Of a stretch of 64,000 nucleotides of DNA, positions 57,075-64,000 are shown piece by piece. A model generated the notes under the pieces. It saw only the letters and a list, made by a program, of their open reading frames with translations, was not told the DNA's origin and did no database searches. Position 1 is the first letter of the stretch. Every line of letters begins with the position of its first letter. Made by a program: the position numbers and the translations under genes. This DNA comes from Candidatus Sumerlaeales bacterium (GTDB lineage Bacteria > Sumerlaeota > Sumerlaeia > Sumerlaeales > Sumerlaeaceae): NCBI GenBank assembly GCA_038243585.1, contig JBBSQY010000013.1:9098-73097 (forward strand). Direction: 5' to 3'.

Positions 57075-58163
57075 ATGCCTGTAACCGACAATTTGTTAGT
57101 CCCAACTCCTGATAGCCCCGCCTCTAAATGCTACCGGATGCCCGCCGAATGGGATCATCATGCCGCTACCTGGCTGGCGTGGCCGCACAACATCTCCGAC
57201 TGGCCAGGCAAGTTTACCATTATTCCGTGGGTGTTTGCCGACATTATAAAACACCTAGCGGAAGATGAAGTGGTGAACCTATTGGTAAACGACGCCACTA
57301 TGGAAGCAAAAGCACGACGCACACTAAACCGCCACGGCGCAAATATGGAAGCGGTTAAGTTCCATACCGTACCGACAGACAGGATCTGGACCCGAGACAG
57401 CGGACCCATTTTCATAAAAAACCCGAAGCAGGATGTCGCCATAACCAACTGGCATTTCAATGCATGGGCAAAATATGATAACTGGACCAGGGATGATCTG
57501 GTACCTGACGCTGCGGCAAAGGTCTTGAATCTGAAGCAGTTTAAACCTAAATTCGGCAAACCTGGAAAAAGAATCGTATTGGAAGGCGGCAGCATAGACG
57601 TCAACGGTGCCGGGCTCTTGCTTACGACCGAAGAATGCCTGCTCAGTGAAGTGCAGCAGCGCAACCCTGGTCTTGGCCGCGACGATATTGAGCAGTTCAT
57701 GGCCGATTACCTCGGTATTAAAAAAGTCCTTTGGCTCAAAAACGGTATCGCCGGCGACGACACACACGGCCATATAGACGATCTGGCCCGTTTTACAGAC
57801 GAAAACACCATCCTCATTGCGTCCGAAGAAAACAAGGGCGACGCCAACTACGAAAATCTGCGTGAGAACCTTGAACTGCTTAGAGGCATGAAAAACTTAT
57901 CTGGCAAACCTTTCCGCATCGTTACCTTGCCGATGCCGGCCCCGGTGGTCTTCGACGGCCAGCGCCTTCCGGCTAGCTACGCCAACTTCTACATTGCCAA
58001 CGGCAAAGTTCTGGTGCCCACGTTTAATGACCCAGGTGACCGTTTGGCCCTTAATATTTTGCAGGAGCTTTTTCCGAAACGCAAGGTCATCGGCATCCAT
58101 TGCCTCGATCTCGTATGGGGCCTCGGAACTCTTCACTGTATGACCCAGCAGCAACCTGCGTAA
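57075..58163 (+). CDS. aguA: Agmatine deiminase
   Basis: RMPAEWDHHAATWLAWPH, IWTRDSGPIF, DDTHGHIDD and the C-terminal GTLHCMTQQQP (catalytic Cys). Confidence 0.92.
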   Translation: MPVTDNLLVPTPDSPASKCYRMPAEWDHHAATWLAWPHNISDWPGKFTIIPWVFADIIKHLAEDEVVNLLVNDATMEAKARRTLNRHGANMEAVKFHTVPTDRIWTRDSGPIFIKNPKQDVAITNWHFNAWAKYDNWTRDDLVPDAAAKVLNLKQFKPKFGKPGKRIVLEGGSIDVNGAGLLLTTEECLLSEVQQRNPGLGRDDIEQFMADYLGIKKVLWLKNGIAGDDTHGHIDDLARFTDENTILIASEENKGDANYENLRENLELLRGMKNLSGKPFRIVTLPMPAPVVFDGQRLPASYANFYIANGKVLVPTFNDPGDRLALNILQELFPKRKVIGIHCLDLVWGLGTLHCMTQQQPA

Positions 58164-58271
58164 AAATCCGTTAAGTTTCACCGTTGCCGGACGACGTATT
58201 TTAGTTGGCGAAACGAACAGAACCTATTCTGCCTCCTTCTTCCATTTGTATTAAATATGAGTGGGGTTAGC

Positions 58272-61200
58272 TTACTCAAAGAGCCTGAAAATCACCTTCT
58301 GAACGCCATTCGTGCGGTGAAGACTCTTAATTAATTTGTCGGTCAAGCGTACCTTCACCTTTTTGGTTAGATCAACCCGCAGTTCTGTTTCACGCGCTCT
58401 GACGACCACCACCAGGCTGACTGGCTTGTCCCCCGGCTCTGCTTTTAGCAGCGAGGACAAGTTGTCCATCAGACCGTTCTGTGCCGCATCGTAATCCAGA
58501 CGCAGCTCCAGTCGTTCTGTCCGTTTTTCGCGCATGGCCTCGACCGGCATAACGCTATTGGCCAGCATCTTCTTTTCGCCGTTTCGTTCCTGCACCCTAC
58601 CTCGCAGCATCACCACGTTGTCGATGAATATGTCCTGGCGGCTCTTCTCGTAGGAATCCTTAAAAAAAATGGCTTCGATGGTATTGCCTGCGTCAGAGAC
58701 CTCCACAAATGCCATGTTGCCGCCGTTTTTGTCGACTTTAGGCGTGATCTTACTTATCATCCCGACCAGACTGCATATCTGCCCGTCCTCCGCCTGATCA
58801 ATGCGGGTGATGGAAAAGTCTGCGAAACACTGGATGTCCGGCTCGTAAGCGTCCAGCGGATGACCGCTGACAAAATAACCGATCAGTTCTTTTTCGTGTT
58901 GAAGTCGGATACGTTCGTCAATTTCCGGAATGTTGCGCAGACGAACCCCGTGGTTCATTTCCACGGCGGCACCGCCGGCGTCCGTGGCAAACGCATCAAA
59001 CAGATTGCTTTGGCCCCTCGCTTTCTCCTGGGCCTTGGCCTGGGCCAGGGCGATTGTTTCTTCCGCCGCGTCGAGCAGCTGGCTGCGGCGGTGGCCGAGG
59101 GAGTCGAACGCGCCGACCTTAATCAGGCATTCCAGGGTGTTGGCGCGAAGGAGAGATGGATCCAGGCGGGTACAGAAATCCTCAAAATCTTTAAAAAGGC
59201 CGTTCTTCTCCCGCTCGGCGACCAGACTTTCCACCAGTCCGTCACCGACATTCTTGATCCCTGCCAGACCAAACCGGACCGTTTTCTGCCGGGGCGTAAA
59301 GTTCTTATCGCTCTCGTTTACGTCCGGCCCCAGAACCTTCAGCCCCATATCGCGAGCTTCGCTGAAATAGGTGACCATCTCCTCGACCTTACCGCCAATG
59401 GCGTTGGTCATCATGGCGGCAAGGTATTCGACGGGAAAGTGCGCCTTCAGATAGGCTGTTCGGAAGGATATGACCGCGTAGGCGGCGGAGTGGGACTTAT
59501 TGAAACCGTAACCGGAGAAGTAATCGATCTGCTGGAAAATATGATCAGCCACTTTTTCCGGGATGTCTTTTGCCTTGGCGCCGTCGATGAACTGAACACG
59601 CACCTTTGCCATTTCAGAAGCTTTCTTTTTTCCCATGGCGCGGCGCATCAGGTCGGCACCGCCGAGGGTAAATCCGCCCAACTCCTGGGCGATCTTCATC
59701 ACCTGTTCCTGGTAAAGGATGATGCCGTAGGTTTCTTTCAAGATCGGTTCAAGCAAGGGATGGTCGTATTTGACTTCTTTCCGGCCATGTTTGCGCGCGA
59801 CGAAATCCTCGACCATGCCGCTGCCCAGCGGACCAGGGCGATACAGCGCGAGCAGGGCCGTTAACTCTTCAAAACTGCCAGGACGCAGGCTGCGAACCAG
59901 ACTGGTCATTCCGCTTGATTCCAACTGGAATATACCGAAGGTCCGGCCCTCAGACAGGAGCCGGTATGTCGTCTTTTCGCTCAGCGGGATGGTCTGCCAG
60001 TCAATCTCCACCTTGTGATTTTTGCGGATATGCTTGATGCAATTTTCGATGACCGTGAGATTTTTAAGACCGAGAAAGTCCATCTTCAACATGCCGATTT
60101 CTTCGACGGTGCCCATGGTATACTGGGTCGCAATGTCGTTGGAATCCGCCGGTTTGTACACGGGTACCAGGTCGCTGATGTCCTGATCGCTGATGACGAC
60201 GCCCGCCGCGTGGGTGCTGGCGTGACGAGCCATTCCCTCCATGCTCATGGCGTAATCCATCACCTGCCGAAGCGTCGCGTCGTTGTCGTAAACCTGCTTC
60301 AGTTCAGGGATGGTGGCCAAGGCCGTCTCAAACTGGGTCTTCCCTTTATCCACCTTCATCAGGGTCGGGATAAGCTTCGCAACGCGGTCAACCTCCTGCA
60401 ACGGCACGTTCATCGCCCGGCCCACGTCGCGGATGGCGTTTTTCGGTTTCAGGGTACCAAAGGTGATGATCTGCGCGACGTTTTTTTCGCCGTATTTGCG
60501 CTTCACGTATTCGATTACCCGACCGCGGTTTTCGTAACAGAAATCGATGTCGATATCGGGCATGCTCACGCGCTCTGGATTCAGGAACCGCTCGAATATC
60601 AGGCCGTGCTCGATCGGGTCGATATCGGTTATTTTAAGGGCATAAGCGACAAGGCTGCCCGCGGCGCTGCCCCGGCCCGGACCCACAGGAATATCGTTTC
60701 TGCGGGCGTAATCGATAAAATCCCATACGATCAGGAAGTATGAGCTAAATCCCATGGTCTGGATACACGCCAGTTCCATTTCAGCCCGTTCGATCTGCGA
60801 CGGTGTCGGTTCCTTATACCGCTCCTTCAGCCCCTCATACGTACGGAAATGCAGATATTCGTCAATGGTCTGCCCCTCTGGCGGCTGAAACCGGGGCAGG
60901 AGTTTCTGGTTGAATTTCAGATCGCAGTTGCAGCGTTCTGCCACCGCCATGGTCTCGCGGCAGGCCTCCGGCATCTCGTGGAAAACCTGGTACATCTCTT
61001 CCGCCGTCTTTACATAAAAGGCGTCGCCGGTAAACTTGAACCGCTTGTCGTCCTGCAGCGTCTTGCCCGTCTGGATGCACAACAGCACATCGTGAAACGC
61101 GCAGTCCTCCTGCATGATGTAGTGGCAATCGTTCGTCGCAAGCAGCGGGATCTGGTAATGCTTCGCGAACTCCCGCATATACCGGATGACCGTCTTCTGC

Positions 61201-61754
61201 TCCGGCAGGTCGTGATCCTGAATCTCAAAATAAAAGCGGTCAGGCCCGAAAATCTGGAGATACGAGTCGATCAGCTTTTTGGCCTTGTCCTCGCGCCCCT
61301 CCACCAGCGCCTCAGGAATTTCTCCCTTTAGGCAAGACGACGTCGCGATCACGCCCTTGCTATACTTCGCCAGCACCTCATGGTCGATGCGGGGTTTGTA
61401 ATACATGCCTTCCGTATAGCCGATACTCGAAAGCTTGGCAATATTGAGGTAACCCTCATAGCTATCCGCCAGCAGGAGAAGATGGTTCGCCGAGCGCCGC
61501 TGGGCAACGTCGCCCCGTTTGTGTCGCCCCTCCGGTGCCATATAGACTTCACAGCCAATAATTGGCTTAATGTCGTCGGCTTTACACTGGTTGTAAAAGT
61601 TGACGCACCCGAACATATTCCCGTGATCTGTAAGGGCGACAGACTTCATCCCAAGCTGATGCAGGCGCTTTGTCAGCTTATCAAAACGGCAAGCTCCGTC
61701 CAACAGGCTGAACTCACTGTGAAGATGAAGATGTACAAATTCGGGTTTGGTCAT
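58272..61754 (-). CDS. dnaE: DNA polymerase III alpha subunit
   Basis: PHP domain FVHLHLHSEFSLLDG, MPDIDIDF, LKMDFLGLKNLT, and FNKSHSAAYA. Length 1160 aa. Confidence 0.97.
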   Translation of the reverse strand: MTKPEFVHLHLHSEFSLLDGACRFDKLTKRLHQLGMKSVALTDHGNMFGCVNFYNQCKADDIKPIIGCEVYMAPEGRHKRGDVAQRRSANHLLLLADSYEGYLNIAKLSSIGYTEGMYYKPRIDHEVLAKYSKGVIATSSCLKGEIPEALVEGREDKAKKLIDSYLQIFGPDRFYFEIQDHDLPEQKTVIRYMREFAKHYQIPLLATNDCHYIMQEDCAFHDVLLCIQTGKTLQDDKRFKFTGDAFYVKTAEEMYQVFHEMPEACRETMAVAERCNCDLKFNQKLLPRFQPPEGQTIDEYLHFRTYEGLKERYKEPTPSQIERAEMELACIQTMGFSSYFLIVWDFIDYARRNDIPVGPGRGSAAGSLVAYALKITDIDPIEHGLIFERFLNPERVSMPDIDIDFCYENRGRVIEYVKRKYGEKNVAQIITFGTLKPKNAIRDVGRAMNVPLQEVDRVAKLIPTLMKVDKGKTQFETALATIPELKQVYDNDATLRQVMDYAMSMEGMARHASTHAAGVVISDQDISDLVPVYKPADSNDIATQYTMGTVEEIGMLKMDFLGLKNLTVIENCIKHIRKNHKVEIDWQTIPLSEKTTYRLLSEGRTFGIFQLESSGMTSLVRSLRPGSFEELTALLALYRPGPLGSGMVEDFVARKHGRKEVKYDHPLLEPILKETYGIILYQEQVMKIAQELGGFTLGGADLMRRAMGKKKASEMAKVRVQFIDGAKAKDIPEKVADHIFQQIDYFSGYGFNKSHSAAYAVISFRTAYLKAHFPVEYLAAMMTNAIGGKVEEMVTYFSEARDMGLKVLGPDVNESDKNFTPRQKTVRFGLAGIKNVGDGLVESLVAEREKNGLFKDFEDFCTRLDPSLLRANTLECLIKVGAFDSLGHRRSQLLDAAEETIALAQAKAQEKARGQSNLFDAFATDAGGAAVEMNHGVRLRNIPEIDERIRLQHEKELIGYFVSGHPLDAYEPDIQCFADFSITRIDQAEDGQICSLVGMISKITPKVDKNGGNMAFVEVSDAGNTIEAIFFKDSYEKSRQDIFIDNVVMLRGRVQERNGEKKMLANSVMPVEAMREKRTERLELRLDYDAAQNGLMDNLSSLLKAEPGDKPVSLVVVVRARETELRVDLTKKVKVRLTDKLIKSLHRTNGVQKVIFRLFE

Positions 61755-62185
61755 GGGACGGATACCTCAAAAAACTTTTCAGGACAAGAGTACACACTGC
61801 GCCGCAAATAAGCGCAAAAGGGCGAAGGAAAATTAATTCCTTTAACCGAGCGTTTTCTGTAGTATTTTTTATCATGTAAGTGCTTTTTTTTCAAAGTTAT
61901 AGATAAATAATTAATTACCCCCACCTTCTCATGTTTTGCGGGTCAGTGACGCGCATTTCGCAATATGGTAGTGCTCATTCCGCATTTTCATGGTTCACGT
62001 GACCGCTTTTGAGTATGCTGGCAGATATGGAGACTTTTGGGAGAATAGGACCACCTGGCAATTCCCGTATGGGTACTTACGAGCAATAAATGTTGGCACA
62101 CTCTATTGACATTGCAGAACCATATGCATCGACGTTTTTTCTCGCATGACGACGTTTTTCTATGGTTAAACGTAAAGGTGAGAAA

Positions 62186-62401
62186 ATGGCCGAGATTCGA
62201 TTAGACTTAACTTCCTTTCAAAATGCAATTGCCCGCCCGGGGGAAGGGTTGGCGCGCTATCTCCAGAACGAGGAGGACGGCCAGCTTCGGGATGGACTCA
62301 TCCATCGATTCGAACTTACTTACGAGATCAGCCACAAAATGCTGAAGCGGTTTCGGGTGATCATTCGAGACAATTATGTCGTACTGCAAATGCCCGGATA
62401 G
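62186..62401 (+). pseudogene. Truncated HI0074-family (HEPN-like) nucleotidyltransferase substrate-binding protein remnant
   Basis: MAEIRLDLTSFQNAI...LRDGLIHRFELTYEISHKMLKRF matches the N-terminal half of the family. The frame then ends after 15 unrelated residues, where the family is normally about 130 aa. No MNT partner is present. Confidence 0.55.
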
Positions 62402-62601
62402 AGCGTCCAGGGTTTTAAGCCAAGAGGAGCAGGCCGCAAAAAGGCGCAGAATGCGCAAAAAAAATTGCGTGTGAAGTTGAATCTCGCGGGTCTCCGGCGT
62501 TGGGAAACATTTAAAATTCCGCCGGAACGGGGAGCAGTGGACGGACAAATCGAGTGGCGTTACCTGATCGAAAGGTTATTTCATGAATTGGTAGAGGTAA
62601 A

Positions 62602-62688
62602 TGGTGCCGGAGACAGGACTTGAACCTGCACAGCCTTGCGACCGCTAGAACCTGAATCTAGTGCGTCTGCCAATTCCGCCACTCCGGC
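62602..62688 (-). tRNA. tRNA-Leu (anticodon CAG), long variable arm, CCA encoded
   Basis: Reverse complement: GCCGGAG-TG-GCGGAATTGGCAGACGC-A-CTAGA TTCAGGT TCTAG-variable arm-GCAGG TTCAAGT CCTGT-CTCCGGC-A-CCA. Confidence 0.92.
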
Positions 62689-62845
62689 ACTCAGATGGAG
62701 CAAGGGCGTATTACCGGGCTACCAAATGTTCATTCGCCGCTAACGCCGTGTTGTCCAAAAACGTTTGACGGTCGGTATTGTGTGACAATGATACGAATTA
62801 ATTGTGTTCGACGCCCAAAACTAAATCCATTTTAGGACGCACCCT

Positions 62846-64000
62846 TTGACTGTTAATAACTTTAAGCTGCTGTGGGCCGGAATCCTTTTATTTGGCGTCG
62901 GCGTTGCCACCGAAAATCAGCCTGCTTTTGCGGAGACTCTTGGCGATCAGGAGTATCTCGCCAGTCTGGAAAATGCTCCTTCCACGGCTTCTACTCCTAA
63001 AATGTCAGATCGCGCGGCGGACGTGTCTTTGGTCGGCGGTCCCGTGGTGTGGCGGGAGGATGAACCGGCGACGAGCAACTCGCTTTGGGGAAAACGAATC
63101 GTAACTGAGGCCGGACATGGGCGCATCTGGTATAACAACGCCTGGCGCTGGCAGCGGGAAGACTGGTTTCCCGGCGCACACGTTCACTCCAGCCAGGAAG
63201 ATTTTAATACTGCACGCATGGTAAACCGCTGGCTTCTCCCCTATCTGCGAAGCGCCGGTGCGCAGGCATATCCAGACAGGTGTCCAGACGAGCAGACGGA
63301 GGAAATCATTTGCGATGTCGCGGGCTTCGCAGCGCCTCATACCAGCACCGGGACGTGGACCAATGAAACTGCGCCCGGCTCTTATAACGGCAGCTCATCC
63401 TACGCCATCGCCACCGACGCAACATCACCCACCGCCACGGCTCAGATTCGCGCGACTATTGCGAAAAGCGGATACTACGGGGTGACCATCTGGTACCCAC
63501 TTCTCAGCGAATCGACCAACGATGTGCAATACGTAGTGGTTGACGGAGCAGGCAACCGCCACCCGTTCCGCGTGGACCAGACCCGCGACACATCTCAGTG
63601 GGTCTGGCTTGACCGCTTTTATTTCGAAGCAGGGACAGACGTCCCTGTCGTGGAAGTGACGAATCTCAGCAGGCAGCCGGGCCTGCGGTTTGCGCTGGAT
63701 TGTGTGCGGCTGGGGGGCGGGATGGGCTCAGAAAGTTTTGGCGGCGGCCCGAGCGGGCTTCCCCGGTGGCAGGAGTGCGCGAAACCCTGGACAAAGTATG
63801 TGGGCGCGCCGTCATCCGTATATGGGGCCGGCTTAACCGATGGCCATGATTACAGCACACGGTTTAATTATGCGGCATGGCAGAACGCCGAACTTTTTAT
63901 GCGCCTCCACACCAACGGGAGCGTGAATCATACGGGGTTTGGTAGCGAAGTTTATCAGTTTGCAGCGGACAATGCGCAGCTCGTCCGCGCCGGGTACGTT
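62846..64000 (+). CDS. Exported N-acetylmuramoyl-L-alanine amidase-like protein (3' end cut by window edge)
   Basis: Not in the ORF track because it has no stop. The frame is open from TTG 62846 to base 64000 (385 codons). Signal-like FKLLWAGILLFGVGVATENQPAFA. The end region AELFMRLHTNGSVNHTGFGSEVY resembles the Amidase_3 block (adlfvSiHaNa...G.evyy). Confidence 0.6.
   Translation, partial: MTVNNFKLLWAGILLFGVGVATENQPAFAETLGDQEYLASLENAPSTASTPKMSDRAADVSLVGGPVVWREDEPATSNSLWGKRIVTEAGHGRIWYNNAWRWQREDWFPGAHVHSSQEDFNTARMVNRWLLPYLRSAGAQAYPDRCPDEQTEEIICDVAGFAAPHTSTGTWTNETAPGSYNGSSSYAIATDATSPTATAQIRATIAKSGYYGVTIWYPLLSESTNDVQYVVVDGAGNRHPFRVDQTRDTSQWVWLDRFYFEAGTDVPVVEVTNLSRQPGLRFALDCVRLGGGMGSESFGGGPSGLPRWQECAKPWTKYVGAPSSVYGAGLTDGHDYSTRFNYAAWQNAELFMRLHTNGSVNHTGFGSEVYQFAADNAQLVRAGYV

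Noticed and set aside
58860-61331. Long plus-strand ORFs (334, 242 and 160 aa) opposite dnaE
   Set aside because: They lie entirely antisense to a 1160-aa gene with unmistakable DnaE motifs. Their translations are Arg/Gly/Val/His-rich low-information sequence, typical of the mirror frame of a GC-biased gene. They have no Shine-Dalgarno and no motifs.
62207-62548. 113-aa minus-strand ORF across the HEPN remnant
   Set aside because: It is antisense to the recognisable HI0074-family fragment. It has no motif and lies in an AT-rich, decaying region.
1-64000. Search for CRISPR arrays, IS elements or transposases, integrases, prophage modules, reverse transcriptases (retron/DGR), rRNA, tmRNA, RNase P and SRP RNA
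   Set aside because: I saw no regularly spaced direct repeats, no transposase, integrase or RT motifs in any six-frame ORF, and no conserved cores of the listed RNAs. This was by-eye inspection only. Short or degenerate elements could have been missed, and the search should be repeated with dedicated tools.

Overview
The window reads as 64 kb of ordinary bacterial chromosome from a diderm organism. Housekeeping genes are interleaved with carbohydrate and envelope genes. I call about 50 protein-coding genes and three tRNAs: Arg-ACG, Gly-UCC and Leu-CAG. I also call four to five intrinsic terminators, one frameshifted gene and one decayed toxin-antitoxin remnant.

Housekeeping calls are dnaE, recN, nrdR, ribF, nadD, rluB-like, lepB, lptB, kdsD, bioD, galE, galT, glycerate kinase, catalase and agmatine deiminase.

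Carbohydrate and envelope calls are several GT2/GT4 glycosyltransferases, a Wzx-like flippase, a GH2 enzyme, a sialate O-acetylesterase and Gfo/Idh/MocA oxidoreductases.

I saw no CRISPR array, transposase, integrase, prophage block, rRNA, or recognisable multi-gene defence or secretion system.

The gene content suggests a PVC-type lineage (Verrucomicrobia, Lentisphaerae, Kiritimatiellae or Planctomycetes). Supporting genes are MglA, McsB, a pseudopilin-like domain protein, VIT-vWA, exported sugar-phosphate isomerase, many Gfo/Idh/MocA enzymes and DUF1015. This is inference only.

All functional calls rest on motifs I recognise in the supplied translations. No database search was possible.

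The observations most worth follow-up:
- A near-canonical MglA GTPase carries an unrecognised ~165-aa C-terminal extension. It has no MglB nearby and sits beside a pseudopilin globular domain that has a Sec signal instead of a prepilin leader.
- A 634-bp ORF-free leader lies upstream of DUF1015 and agmatine deiminase. It contains a 20-codon mini-ORF with five consecutive Arg codons inside a GC-rich hairpin, and a terminator-like element just before the operon.
- A tightly coupled DnaD-like plus DnaC/DnaI-like helicase-loader pair is embedded between glycerate kinase and a rhodanese.
- A 476-aa orphan protein has no family I can name.
- McsB occurs without McsA or ClpC.

None of these is demonstrably a new system from sequence alone.
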